Shown here: in pieces, positions 1 through 13,696 of the stretch
Layout of the letters: each line of letters begins with the position of its first letter
How positions within the stretch are numbered: the first letter of the stretch is position 1
Origin: Eledone cirrhosa
Lineage: Eukaryota
DNA: 64,000 bases
NCBI GenBank assembly: GCA_964016885.1
Contig: OZ024740.1
Coordinates: 411,990,001-412,054,000, forward strand
Direction of reading: 5' to 3'
Position numbers and translations under genes: made by a program
Notes under the pieces: model-generated
The model's database searches: none
What the model was told of the DNA's origin: nothing
The model's input: only the letters and a program-made list of their open reading frames with translations

Positions 1-253
1 ATATTCAGATGTATCATTATATTATAATCAGTCGCTATGATGTGGGTATAATGGTATTAAAGTCACCCATTGTTCAGTTATAAACGTAGAGCCCTTAACT
101 TGCCTAAACATTGCATAATTTCCATGTGTAGATATGTTATCTCAGTGTTTAACATTGAGCCAGTATGCTCATGTTTGACATATTGATAGAGCAATAACGA
201 CTTTCCTTTGATTTCCAGTGCATCTCTAGAACGTGATTCTTATAGAATTCCAG

Positions 254-334
<81 letters not shown>

Positions 335-734
335 ACAAGTAAATATGTTTTGAAACAGTGAGCAGGTTTGAAATTAAAAAATAGACTAGCTTTCACCGTA
401 TTTTTGACAAAAGAAATGTTAGCCTGCTAATGGGGTTTAGAACCCACAGTTAAATGGAAAAAGATGAGTATTGACGTACACGTGATAATGTGCGTTCTTA
501 TTGCTGGTATTACCTTCATTTATATTATACATTTTTACATCTTTGAAATTTAAAGTTTGAATGTGACATAAAATGTATTCAATTGTATCTTCATTTCAAT
601 GTAGTTTAATATTCTTTCAACACATTTACCAAAAGTCTATGTTGGTCTGTGTGTTTGCTCATAGTCACACAGAGTGTTTATTATACTTCAAACTTTACTA
701 TCATCCTAGGTACATAGATAAAGTTCCCGGGCGT

Positions 735-771
<37 letters not shown>

Positions 772-905
772 GGCTTGTAGGCAGTAAGTGAGCAGAATAG
801 TCGATGTCTGTCTCTCGCAAATTTGCTATGTCCGACTTTGTCCCAGGTGTTATCTTTGATTGGTATCTTCAACGCAAACATCACAGACTAGTTTTGAAAT
901 CCAAA

Positions 906-974
<69 letters not shown>

Positions 975-1045
975 ATATCAGGAAAAAGTTAAAATCGAAA
1001 ATGCAACTGGAGTCTTTTTTTATGAAAATATATATTTATTTGGTT

Positions 1046-1083
1046 CCTTTACCGGTTTCGCAGTTCTTCTGCTTTTCAAAAGT
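1046..1083 (-). ncRNA. Minimal type I hammerhead ribozyme, U3:A8 core variant
   Basis: Minus strand reads ctt-TTGAAAA-gcag(aagaa)ctgc-GAA-ACCGGT-A-aagg: stem II, palindromic stem III, GUA cleavage triplet, 3-bp stem I. Confidence 0.6.
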
Positions 1084-1532
1084 AGAATTGAGATGGAGGG
1101 TCTGTGTTTTTTCTCAAATCTAATTGGTCTTTGAATGTAACTTGTTTTATATCGAAAAAAGTCGCTCGAAATGCAAGGTTTTTAGAGAAGTAATTTGGTT
1201 GGCTGGTGAATAAGTATAATAAACATCGCGCCAGTTCGAGTTACAAAGTTCTTCAAACAAAGGGGGGGGGGAGCTCAGATTGTTTTTTCATATATTAGTG
1301 AAGTCGGTTGGTTGATGCAGTCACGTGAATAAGCACTTAGCTTTCGCGCCAGTTTGTTTGAATTACTTTTTACTTAAAAAACGTGGCCCACGAAGGATTT
1401 TTTTTTTTATAAATGTAATTTGATTGGTTATAAATGAAATTATGACTGTCACGTGAACAAGTACATTATATTTCGCGTCCGTATTTTGGAATTTTTTTAT
1501 AGCCATTTAGAGAATTTTGTGCCAAACAAAAG

Positions 1533-1718
1533 ATAATTGTTTCTACTTTTGGCACAGGGCCAGCAATTACCCAGTGCATTATTGGTACTCTATTTTATCG
1601 ACCCCGTAAGGAAGAAAGGCAAAGTTAACCTCGGCGGAATTTGAACTCAGACCGTAAAGGGACGTAACTATGCTGGAAAGTATGGCGTCCCACCCTCTAC
1701 GGATACTGCCATTCCACC
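1533..1718 (-). mobile_element. tRNA-derived SINE (octopus-type)
   Basis: Minus strand has A-box-like TGGCAGTATCCGTAG and B-box GAGTTCAAATTCC; body shared with 6634, 8958 and 11589; target-site duplication (TSD) AAACAAAAGATAAT. Confidence 0.8.
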
Positions 1719-1727
1719 AAACAAAAG

Positions 1728-1845
1728 ATAATTGTTTCTACTTTTTGGCACAAGGCCAGCAAATCACCAGTACATTACTGGTACTTTATTTTATCGACCC
1801 CGTAAGGATGAAGCGCAAAGTTAACCCCGGCGGGATTTGAACTCA
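1728..1845 (-). mobile_element. 5'-truncated second copy of the same SINE in tandem
   Basis: Repeats ~1533-1648 and ends at the B box; followed by a third target copy AACAAAAGCTAAT. Confidence 0.75.
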
Positions 1846-1992
1846 ACAAAAGCTAATGGTCAAGAAAAATGGATGGAGAGAGTTGTTCTGAGTATGACTG
1901 ATGTGCTGGAATGTAATTTGATTAATTATAACTGAAATTATGACTGTTACAAATGAAATTATGACTAATACTCTAACACCTTAACATGCTAA

Positions 1993-2023
<31 letters not shown>

Positions 2024-3040
2024 AACTCCCTCCCCCATTTCTACTTACGGAATCATTTTCCTTCCCACACACAAAAAATATATATATTATACTCCCACAC
2101 ATAACACCCATACACACACACAACTCTCGCCCCCATTTCTCCTAATAGAATCATCTTCCTACAAACACACACAAGCTCACAAATAAACATATATATCTCT
2201 ACTTTCTTTATTTCAATAGAAGGTCTGAATTCTGACACCCCAGCACATCAGCCATATTCACTGAACCAAAACAATTCTCCCCATCCCATTTTTCTTGATC
2301 ATTATCTTTTGTTTGACACAAAATTCTCTAAATGGCTATAAAAAAATACCAAAATACGGGCGCGAAATATAATGTCCTTTTTCACGTGACAGTCATAATT
2401 TCATTTATAACCAATCAAATTACATTTATAAAAAAAGCCTTCGTGAGCCTTTTTTTTAAGTAAACAGAAATTCAAACACAAACTGGCGCGAAAGCTAATG
2501 TGCTTATTCACGTGACTGCATCAACCAACCAAACTTCACTAATATATGAAAAAACAACCTGACCCCCCCCCCCTTTGTTTGAAGAGCTCTGTAACGCGAA
2601 CTGGCGCAAAATTTATTATACTTGTTCACCAACCAACCAACCAAATTATTTCTCGAAAAACCTGGCATTTCGAGCCACTCTTTTCCATATAAAACAGAAG
2701 TAACATTCAAAGACCAATCAGATGGGAGAAAAACCACAGACCCTCCATCTTAACTCTACTTTTGAAAGGCAGAAAAACTCCGAAACCGGTAAAGGAACCA
2801 AATAAATATATATTAAAAAAAAAAAAAATCCAGTTACATTTTCGATTTCATCTTTTTCCATTATACTTTCACTCGTGTAGGACACCTCGGTTAATTTTAA
2901 TTTTGTAAAAAAACCCTCACATTTCTAATATATATATATAGAGAGAGAGACATATATATATGTGTGTGTGTAGGTGGGTGTATATATATATATATACATT
3001 TACACACACACACATATATATATAAAGAGAGACATATATT

Positions 3041-3122
<82 letters not shown>

Positions 3123-3158
3123 TATAAATATATATAAATGTATATATATATATATTCT

Positions 3159-3750
3159 TATACTTTGGGAGGGTCATGTTGCCAATAAGAAACACACGCA
3201 CCAAGCTTTCACTTCAATTTATTATAATATTAAATTAATAAATTTAGGAATTTATAAATTTCCGATTGGTTGGTTCCACAACCAGACGATTGTTCATATA
3301 TTGTCAAAGTTCTTTCGTCACACACCCCGCGAACTCCCCAGCGACCGGGGTCCCCCCTCTCTGCTTTTGCGCCGCTCCCTTGTTCCGTCCCACGCCATCT
3401 TGTTTTTGTGTGTGCTGTGTGCTTAGTTTGCGCATGTGTTACATCCGAGTGTCTGTGAGTGTTTATATTTGTTTATTTATTTGTTTATTTACACGTTACT
3501 GGTTGGTTGTTTGTTCTATGTATGTGTGTCTTCATTTTGTTCTTAATTGTAAGTTGTGATGTTGCTGTTCCATTCATGTTTTATAAATTCATAAATTTAT
3601 GGATTTATAAATTTAATTTATAATAAATTGAAGTGAAAGCAACTGGTGCGTGTGTTACGTATTGGCAACATGATCCTCTCAAAGTATAACAATATCGGTT
3701 TCAACACACGTTTTCAGATAAAGAATCTTGCTAAACAAATTCAGAAAAGT
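3159..3750. mobile_element. Fold-back repeat fragment, probably a PLE terminus
   Basis: ~3159-3260 is an inverted match to ~3590-3688; related sequence at 35740-35940; degenerate CTGAAAA...GAAAC core on the minus strand near 3695-3716; (TA)n flanks. Confidence 0.5.
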
Positions 3751-3752
3751 AA

Positions 3753-3835
<83 letters not shown>

Positions 3836-3993
3836 TTATATATATATATAGATATATATGTATATATATATATATATATATATAAGTTGGAATAGAATGA
3901 AACGAAATTTCATTTCTCACTCTTAGAACGGCACTTACTTAAATATAAGTATGTATGTATTGTACGTATACATACATGCATATATATATATAA

Positions 3994-4052
<59 letters not shown>

Positions 4053-4059
<7 letters not shown>

Positions 4060-4340
4060 GTGAGGTTTTTTTTACAAAATGAAAAATAACCGAGGTGTCC
4101 TACACGAGTGAAAGTATAAAGAAAAAGAGATGAAATCGAAAATGCAACTGGAGTCTTATTTTTTTTTTAAATATATATTTATTTGGTTCCTTTACCGGTT
4201 TCGCAGTTCTTCTGCTTTTCAAAAGGTGAGTTGAGATGGAGGGTCTGTTGTTTTTCTCACAGATGTGAGAAAAACCAAATAAATATATATTTTTTAAAAA
4301 AATAAGACTCCAGTTGCATTTTCGATTTCATCTCTTTTTC
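4053..4340 (-). mobile_element. Short F1 PLE-type fold-back
   Basis: 4053-4260 matches F1; hairpin junction TTTTTCTCAC-AGAT-GTGAGAAAAA; 4273-4340 is an inverted copy of ~4121-4188; (TA)n on both sides. Confidence 0.7.
4189..4226 (-). ncRNA. Minimal hammerhead ribozyme, U3:A8 variant (best F1 copy)
   Basis: cctt-TTGAAAA-gcag(aagaa)ctgc-GAA-ACCGGT-A-aagg with a 4-bp stem I. Confidence 0.65.
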
Positions 4341-4348
4341 TATATATC

Positions 4349-4408
<60 letters not shown>

Positions 4409-4503
4409 TATATACTTATATACATACATATTTATACATGCATATATATATATATATACATATGTATATATATAAACATATATGCGTATATAAGTATGTA
4501 TAC

Positions 4504-4596
<93 letters not shown>

Positions 4597-5184
4597 TAAC
4601 CGTTTGTGTGCGTGTGTGTGTCTATAAAGAGAGAAGAGGATAAATAAAAGGAGGAAAAAGAAGTTGCAGCAAGAATGATGACGATGATGATGATGAAATC
4701 GTCAACTGTAAACGCAGCATGATGGAAGATGGAGAAACGTTAAAGAAAAATGACAAGTAGAAGATCGAAGAGAAAATGATACAATAACCGATATAGAAAA
4801 AATTGTTTTCAACGGAGATGTCATTATAACATTTTCCGATATTATCATTATTATTATTATTGGATTTGTGCATTTTATGTATTCAATGCGTCTTGATTTA
4901 GATCGATATCAGTTTTCATAGACAAAAGGGAAGAACATTTACGTATACACTAAGTGAAAAAGTAAAAATAATTACACAATACAGATTTATAATGATTTTA
5001 TGAAAATAATATATAGCAAATATGGGAATGGTGAATGTAAAAATTGAAAATATTGTAAGAATCCTTGTAAAACATTTCAAGGTGTGTAATGCTGTTATAC
5101 ATGAATGCGATATGCATATGTATATTGGTTAATAGTCTAAAAGTGCATCGATATGTATTTGTCTGCCAGAGTTGCCGTTGAATT

Positions 5185-5310
5185 TTGAGAGACGTTAGTG
5201 TCTAGCGAAATTCTTCATTACGGTTCTTTGCCGTCTATGTTCCAATTCCGGTGAAAAAGACATTGTCTTTCGTCTTGTTGGAGCCAATAAACAATTGCTG
5301 GAATCGACCC
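5185..5310 (+). mobile_element. Degenerate SINE remnant
   Basis: Weak similarity to the SINE body (GTTCCAATTCCGGTG...TTGTCTTTCGTC). Confidence 0.35.
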
Positions 5311-5405
5311 ACATTTAAAAATCCTTATTCGAATGCCTTAGTGTAAGTTCGTGATCGGATGGCTACGTGTAAAGATACAAATGCTTGCACATGCGGCCCC
5401 CTAGT

Positions 5406-5501
<96 letters not shown>

Positions 5502-5543
5502 ATCCCCCTCTCTCTCCCTCTCTCTCTCTATATATATATATAT

Positions 5544-5589
5544 AGGAAATAGTATGACCGCGACGGCAGAGCTCAAGCCGTTTCGATGG

Positions 5590-5591
<2 letters not shown>
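5544..5591 (-). mobile_element. PLE terminal fragment (family F8) containing the 3' half of a hammerhead
   Basis: Minus strand GAAACGGC-TTGAGCTCT-GCCGTC; homologous to 36220-36265 and 49483-49520; lies between (TA)n tracts. Confidence 0.55.
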
Positions 5592-5622
<31 letters not shown>

Positions 5623-5625
<3 letters not shown>

Positions 5626-5874
5626 AGGGAGTGTAACTTGGGTTTTCTGTAGGTTCATCCGGGTGAGCACTCGAAGTTTAGGGTCTCTTCGGTGTCGAGG
5701 TGTAGAGCTAGACAGAGTGTATTATAGTGAAATAAGATAACAAGGACGATTGGTTACTCCTTCATCGCGTTTATTGGTTTGTGACGCGCTCTTCGCCACT
5801 GATCAGCTCAAGATTCGATCTGTATCGATCTGACCCGTCTTTGTAATCCGCGGCTCATCAGACCCCTTGTAATA

Positions 5875-5876
<2 letters not shown>
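5623..5876 (-). mobile_element. PLE terminal fragment with hammerhead-like motif (5775-5868)
   Basis: Minus strand gt-CTGATGA-gccgc...gtggc-GAAGAGCGCGTC-ac followed by AATAAA; embedded in (TA)n. Confidence 0.55.
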
Positions 5877-5938
<62 letters not shown>

Positions 5939-6249
5939 CCTATCTATCTTTTTTTTATATTCTATCCATTGACTGGCTTGCTGGACCCACGTAGCTGAGC
6001 ATGAGATGTTTAGTACTCAACACTAGACCTAGATATTTGATAAATGAGGACGCTCACTGAAATCACCCAAGCATTGTACTGAGATCAATTTAGATTGGTT
6101 ATTCCCTACTAAAATTGAAACCATATTATTGGTGTCATTGTTAATGTTAGAGTGGTGGCATGGCAGATAAATTAGAGCTTCGGATAGACTGAATTACAGT
6201 ATAATGTTGGTCAAACACGGGGTCCTTATAATAGACTGGCCATAAAATT

Positions 6250-6454
6250 GTGGTAGTAGTAGTAGTAGTAGTAGTATTATTAGTAGTAGTAGTAGTAGTG
6301 TTGGTGGTTGTGGTGGTGGTAGTAGTAGTTGTAGTGGCGGCGGTGGTGGTAGTGGTGGTGGTAGTAGTGGTGATGGCGGCGGTATTAGTAGTAGTAATAG
6401 TAGTAGTGGTGGTGGTGGTGGTGGTAGTAGTAGGAGTAGTGGTGGTGATGGGGG

Positions 6455-6515
<61 letters not shown>
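6250..6515. repeat. Compound (GTA/GTG)n trinucleotide repeat
   Basis: Directly visible; source of the poly-V/T/S pseudo-ORFs. Confidence 0.95.
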
Positions 6516-6516
<1 letters not shown>

Positions 6517-6633
6517 TTCGCTACCTTTGTTTCTCTCAGGCACTTCATGCTAATGTAAAACGTAGTGCCACAATTTTTCAAAGGTATAATTGTTTTGAGG
6601 TCTGGTACTATTATCTGTGGTAATTATTACAGT

Positions 6634-6812
6634 AGGCGGTGGATTGGCAGCATCGGTAGAGAGTCTGACGCCATGCTTTCCAGCATAGTTACGTCCCTTT
6701 ACGGTCTGAGTTCAAATCCCGCCTAGGTTAACTTTGCCTTTCATCCTTAAAATAAAGTACCAGTAATCTACTGGGTATTTGCTGGACTTGTGCCAACAGT
6801 AGAAACAATTAT
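6634..6812 (+). mobile_element. tRNA-derived SINE, full length
   Basis: A box TGGCAGCATCGGTAG, B box GAGTTCAAATCCC, TSD AATTATTACAGT(A/G)GG. Confidence 0.8.
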
Positions 6813-8957
6813 TACAGTGGGAGAACAATTTGTTGAATATAAATTATTCGTATCGTCATCTGGCCATATAAAACAAGGTGGCATTAAGATACAAATCATA
6901 ATTTGAAGTAGTGTTAAGATGGTAACATGAAAAATCTCGTAACCTATTCATTTTGAAACCCAATAGTGAAATCTGAAGACATATCTGAATATATAGTAAC
7001 GCGACAAATATTTGTGAGCTTAAATGAACGTACTCGAAGCAATCATATCTATTCAAATTAAATACATAATCTTTTGTATAACATTACAATGAAACCTGCT
7101 GGTCTGTGATGAATCCAGACGATTAGTACGTCCTGAAACCATAACACACTTTTGCTAATCAATTGTAGACACTTTCCTTCGTGCAATTATAATTTTTCCT
7201 TCTGGCGTAATCAACATGCTTTTAGACGGTTTGCTGAATTAATTATTATTTCAGGACGAAAAACTCCATTAGTTCAGACTTATATATAATATCAGTTCCA
7301 CATAATTCGTTTTCCGTGCATAACCCCGGAGGAATTAAGTCCAAAGCTGGAAGCAATCCTTTCTCAGTTCTATTTAATTTTCATTCTAAAACTACTGAAG
7401 CATTCCAATGTAATTTTCTTACACTAACACAAAGATGACGTGTTGGTGTAAACGTAGAAAAGGTTTATAGATGGGATCATTTATTTTAATATCGACAGGC
7501 ATCTTTTACAAACGTCATAAATATTTTATAACTGTATTCCTTAACCAATGTAAAGATACGCATGGTGACCACACTATTAAACCATATTAACTTCATATTC
7601 TGCAAGAAATGCTGTTATCTTCCGAGTTTGTTTTAACGTACGGTTTTCTTTATTGTTCAAACAGCATAATAAGCAGGTAAGCACAAAGTCAACTTCAATT
7701 ACTTAATCAGAAGTTATCAGCATTACCGAGGAGTGCATACTTATAATAATTTGAATTATTACATACTTAAAATTCCTGTAATGAAAACATTACTCTGAAG
7801 TAATTTGCGTAAAACTAATAGCGATTTATTTAAAACTAATTAACGAAACCTAGTTTGAAAAATGTACCCTTTTTAGATAAATACGAAATATGATTAGTAT
7901 AATAAAATTTTAGTTTTAAAATTACATGTTTTACAGCAAATATCACCCGCAGTTGTACATCCTGCGTCAGGGTAAATAAAGAACACATATGTTTGCATTA
8001 TGTGACGCAATTTCAAGTGGCATGAACATCATGCATGCATGGGCTGTCCATTTACCATTCGAAAAGTTTAAAATCCAAAATTGTAGACGTCCAAGAACAG
8101 GAATTCATGGCCTATTTGTGTATCGATGTGGCTTTCTGTTTAGATATTAGGAGACAAGCATGTAGCTTTCCGTGAAATAAAATTGTTAGTCAAATACAGC
8201 TCTCGATCAATATATTTTAGACCTTTTTTTAATGAATGTAAAACATCATTACGAAAGAATTCATGAAAGTTAATGTTTTTAAAACGGTTTATAGAATGAT
8301 TCAAGTTATGTGTTCAAGATCTTTGAGCTCTGAGGCCAGATGAAACTTTTCAATTTGAAGTTGCTAAGGTGCAGTGATGCGGTATATTCTTCTATATATG
8401 TCCAACTTATTGTCTTTCGTTTTGATATTCCCTCTAGAAATAATCAGCTATAATTTGATTCTAAGCGGAATGTTCATTGTTAGGTTCAACACTCTTCCTA
8501 CGATTGTTGCATGTATTAAGGACTATGAATGACATGAATAAGATTGGTTGCGAGTAACTTGTTGTGATCACCTATATTGTAATCGAAACTGATTGCATTC
8601 TGCATTTCCTATACCCAGAAAACATGCCATTATAATGCACTACATTAATGTATAGTAATGTTTGAGTGCTGATATTGCGGAATATGAAATTACTACATAT
8701 GCATTTTGCTATGAATGTTGGTGGAAATACTATTAGTCATATAGTTTATAGTTCATAAAGGAATTTTGAATTAATTTTGAAAATGTTTATATATGTAGTA
8801 AAATCCTCAAATTGCATTGATGTGAAATCTTTTCAATGTAGCCGTATTAGAAATCTATTTTGATTTTGAAAATTAAAAGAAAATCTCTACATATTTCCTT
8901 ATATATCTTTCAGCGGCTACGTGTTTAAAAAGTCTAACTTAATGCATGCTCCTGTAA

Positions 8958-9140
8958 TAATTGTTTCTACTTTTGACACAAGGCCACCAATCATCCTAGT
9001 GCATTACTGGTACTTATTTTTATCGATCCCGTAAGGATGAAAGACAAAGTTAACAGATTTGAACTCAAAACATAAGGGGCCGTATCTCTTTGCTGCTAAG
9101 CATGGCGTCCGATCCTCTACCGATACTGCTAATTCACCTC
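8958..9140 (-). mobile_element. tRNA-derived SINE
   Basis: Same family as 1533; TSD CTCCTGTAATAAT. Confidence 0.75.
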
Positions 9141-10789
9141 CTGTAATAATATGACTTTATTAATATCAGTATTGGGCGACGTGCTCAGGATTAGATAACA
9201 ATGTTCCTAAATGTAGTATTTGTAGATACGAGTGCAGATACGATGACGAATTTATAACTTTACGTTAGGAAGTAAAATCATTATTCTTAAATACATCATT
9301 CATTTTATTCCTCGTTTGTGTGGAAATAAAAAGAAAATCAATTATAAAATTAACTGCAAATATTTCAACATGAATGATAATACATCTGTATTTTCCGATT
9401 GGAGAAAGGGAAGAGAATTGACCGACTTATACACCTGGCATTTTACATAATTGTTGTAACTATTCTACTCACTGGGTATAGTTAAAAGGGTGTGTTCCTC
9501 GCTGTTTTCTGCTTTAGTCGGCACTGCAGTCACTCCATAGTAGATGTGTATGTATGTTGTTTATTTTGTTCTGATATTTCTTGTTTAGGATTGTGGTTTA
9601 AATTAACAGAAATACGATAAAAAATATTACAATACAGCCACCTTACATTTACGCAAGCTAATGTATCGAATCTATATTATTATTTATGTTTTAAGAGGGG
9701 TACTTTGATTTGAGAAATATTCGGATGCTGTTTGTAAATGGCCGAGCCCACACGTAGAATCATTTTTGTGGTTGCATCATGTAACTAAAAGTACATTGTG
9801 CCATAGCTATTGTAATCCCCTTGATATTCTATGGCCCTATTATTTCTGTATACATACGTCTCAAATCAAGACACGCACAAAAAAAGAATCATATTAAAAT
9901 CGTGCTTAAAATAACATCGATAAATAGTGTTGAATAGTGTTAACATTTAAGTAACTAGCGCCAGAGCAATACATTTAGATAATTCGGTAATGATATATAT
10001 ATTATGAAATCATAATCATTATAGGGCTGAACGAAAAATAACTATATGTGGCAGTAGTGTTAAGAATCCAAAGTCTACTGTCAATTTCAAAGCCTTAATA
10101 GTATATTATTGTAAGTCTAACGTGATGAAATAACTAACGGGTGATTATTCAGCTAACCACGCGGTAGGAAATATGAAAGTCAAATTATATCATAGTATAT
10201 ATAGTATATAACATGAAATACTAAGCCGATAAATGCATATTATATACGGTTATACTTTCAGTTGAGAGATGAATCGTTTCTAAGATTTTGGAGAAGGATA
10301 TGTTTATTAATTTATTTCTGCTTTGTTATAAGCTACAGAGATTGGATAATCACGAAAGTTAAGCAGGGAATATCGATATCTATGCAAATAATAATTAGGT
10401 ACATAGTGTAATGCAAGATTAGAAACTAATTACATATTTTTCAATAAACATTTGTCATATATGCAAACACGGCCTTTTGAACTTAAGGAGCATCGAGAGA
10501 TTATGAAGTTTATACAAAAGGTAATATGCTCAAACATAGAACAATAAGTGTTAATTGAGTCTGTTGCATTGGATAGCTAATAGAATCAGGGGAATTCTCT
10601 TGTAGACGGAACGAAGTTGCGTCTTTAAAGGACTTCGCCCACTTTGTTAACCAATGTATAGCTATCGATTGTATTTAGAGCTATTTCCCTACGTCAGCAC
10701 ATACAACATGTTCTATGAACTTCTATCTTATTAATGCATATATAATCAGAAATATGTTGATTCAGATAATAGAGAACAATTTAATTTAC

Positions 10790-10947
10790 ACATTCGATAT
10801 GTGTACGGGGTGCCTTTCATTTCTTTCATTGTACAATAGGAACGTTTATAGCAATTATATTAACAACCAAACCGTTAACCTATATACTCAGAAGTTGTTT
10901 ATAACGGCTATTATTGCAACACGTAATTCCTCAGATATAAAGTCCTT
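10790..10947. repeat. Dispersed repeat, inverted relative to 12642-12800
   Basis: Reverse complement matches AAGGACTTTATATCTGAGGAATTACGTG...; a further partial direct copy of 12708-12885 lies at 13131-13335. Confidence 0.7.
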
Positions 10948-11202
10948 ATGCTCATATACGTGTGGCTATGCAATTCATTTCAAATTTCAATATCTACTAT
11001 TACACATATTTACCACTGATAAAGAGGTTTAACACGTTGTATTGTTCTTAGAACATTTATATTTAATAATTGATCATCAAAATCTGAAATACAAATTCGA
11101 GAATAGTTTGAATATATGTCCATGACGGGAAGGACTTAGATAAATGTACATTATCTAGACTAACACTTCACTAACAACTTCATACATAAACAGATAAAGA
11201 AG

Positions 11203-11339
<137 letters not shown>

Positions 11340-11359
11340 TATATATGTATGTATGTATG

Positions 11360-11401
<42 letters not shown>

Positions 11402-11404
<3 letters not shown>

Positions 11405-11804
11405 AATCTGAGTTTTTTCGAATCTCAATAACATTCGATTCGTTTGCAATCAATTCTGCAAAAAGGCCTCATGCAAACATGCCAACCTAAGAACAAGAAT
11501 GAAGTGTTCATTCTACTGACATGGCTATAAAATTGAGGCTTGTTTGCAAAATTGCAAACGAATCGAATGTTATTATTAATATCCGAAACGGGGGTGGATT
11601 GGCAGTATCGGTAGAGGGCCGGACGCTATGCTTTGACTCATAGAGTTACGGCCCTTGCCATTCTGAGTTCGAATCCCGCCGAGGTTAACTTGGCCTTTCA
11701 TCCTTACGGTGTCGATAAAATAAAGTACCAGTAATGCTCTGGGTAATTGCTGGCCTTGTGCCAAAAGTAGAAACAATTATTAATGTTCGAAACACTCAGA
11801 TTAC
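11402..11804. mobile_element. Palindromic MITE-like element with a SINE inserted in its right arm
   Basis: TGTAATCTGAG...AATAACATTCGATTCGTTTGCAAT is matched by ATTGCAAACGAATCGAATGTTATT...CTCAGATTACA. Confidence 0.55.
11589..11781 (+). mobile_element. tRNA-derived SINE, full length
   Basis: A box TGGCAGTATCGGTAG, B box GAGTTCGAATCCC; imperfect ~18 bp TSD ATTATTAAT...CGAAAC. Confidence 0.8.
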
Positions 11805-11842
11805 ATTTATTGTATTCAGCCATGTAGAGCGAAATGTTCGTT

Positions 11843-11933
<91 letters not shown>

Positions 11934-13648
11934 ATAATAATAAGTCATGTTGATTTTAATAGAAGCTCTGATGTGCTCTTGGATCTGGAAAGTGGCATCT
12001 AGACATTACTTCCGAGGTACGACGAACCTCTTTATATTGTACTGGTGATCTTATATACAACATGCGCTCTCATGTACACTTCTGCCTTGTTGATGGGACA
12101 ATTAAGAAGTGTGAACATATCGCTGTATGTGGAATGGTGTCTGTGGAATTGTCTCCTCAATGTTGGTCGCGATTCCACCAGCTGTATATTCAGTCCCTCC
12201 CTACGGTGTGTTGCTGTTGTCTTCCCATTGAAATTAGGCAGGTTAAGGCTTGTATCATTCCAAATCGCATTTAGCCGTTAAGTGATGGAATTTAATTCGG
12301 TTTTTATGCTAGAGGTTCGCTAGTTTGAACACTCAGTGCCAGTATGATTCCGCTTGACGATGTGGTATTCCACGTTGGATATTACACCGAAGTCGGTACT
12401 ATTAGAAATCAGAGTGTTCCTGCCCTTTATTATATATGATAAGAATAAAGAATGAGATGAAAGCTAGTGATGAAAATCCTCGGTAAATTTCCATTATTAA
12501 TACACAGATATTCCTATATATCATGATCTTAGCATTGAAGCGAGGATTTTATTGAAGATTAATTCCCTTCAATCGCATGTTGTCTGTAACTTCATAAATT
12601 ATCCAAAATAATGAATGGCAGTAGAAGCATACAGGTGTGAGAAGGACTTTATATCTGAGGAATTACGTGTTGCAATAATAGCCGTTATAAACAACTTCTG
12701 AGTATATAGGTTAACGGTTTGGTTGTTAATATAATTGCTATAAACGTTCCTATTTTATAACGAAAGAAACGAAAGGCGCCCAGTACATATCGAATGTGTA
12801 TATTCATCGGTTAACCTATAATATAGCTTGGTCAAACTGCTATTTTATATTCATAATTATCGGACTGTTTTTAACACCATGATTGTGTGTGTGTGTGGGG
12901 GGGGGGGGGGGGGGGGGGAGGTTAGTAAGGTTTTGTTTGTGTATATCAGAAATTAATGCTTAAGTTTGACTCGATTGCATCCTTTAAATTGTATAGCACA
13001 AATATCCACGCTGGGGAATATGGTATATAGGCCCAGAAGAGATCACGGAGTATATTAATATAAGCAAGAATTGTACCGAGAAAAATATGTGTAGGAGATC
13101 AGGAATTTATTGTTTGCTGTAAAACATGTTTAGGTTAACTGTTTGGTTGTTAATATAATTGCTATAGATATACGTATAATGTTTATAAACGTTCTTATTT
13201 TACAACGTAAGAAAAGAAAGCCAGCCAGTACATATCAAATGTATATATTCATCGATTACCCTATAATATAGCTTCGTCAAACTGTTATTTTATATTCACA
13301 ATTATGGGATTGATTTTTTAATACCATAATTATGTTGATTGATCTCTATCTTACTATATATCACATCAATTGTCTACTAGAAGTTTTCTATTTTATTATG
13401 GTTTGTTTTGTTATTGGGTTCCTTTCAGGTGTTTCTGATGCTATAAATTGTTTATTTTATCGCAGAGGATATTTGTTGTTGACTTGTAGCAAATAAATTT
13501 GTTGATACGAAGTGGTGTTTGGCAACGATGAAAAATGGAACTCTCGTTTTCAACTATTTTTTAGATTATAATATGCTAGGTGAAAAGGTTTTGTGGTGAA
13601 ATACAATTTAATAAAGGTCAGAAAATTAAAACAACAGAAATAATAATG

Positions 13649-13695
<47 letters not shown>

Positions 13696-13696
<1 letters not shown>

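Larger units (their letters stand above)
976..2928. mobile_element. Fold-back pair of PLE-type terminal fragments (family F1), left arm interrupted by two SINEs
   Basis: 976-1914 (minus the SINEs at 1533-1845) is the reverse complement of ~2235-2860. It is flanked by (TA)n and each arm carries an HHR-like motif followed by AATAAA. The same family recurs at 4053 and 36365. Confidence 0.7.

Noticed and set aside
7285-7385. Minus-strand peptide KLNRTEKGLLPALDLIPPGLCTENELCGTDYI as a host exon
   Set aside because: In-frame stop immediately upstream, poor splice acceptor, no recognisable homology.
11960-12425. GC-richer block, possibly an old LINE remnant (similarly 47600-48150)
   Set aside because: Too degenerate to assign any motif by eye.
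13580-13695. N-terminal extension of the 224-aa ORF
   Set aside because: Read-through from flanking DNA and (ATA)n into a truncated element.
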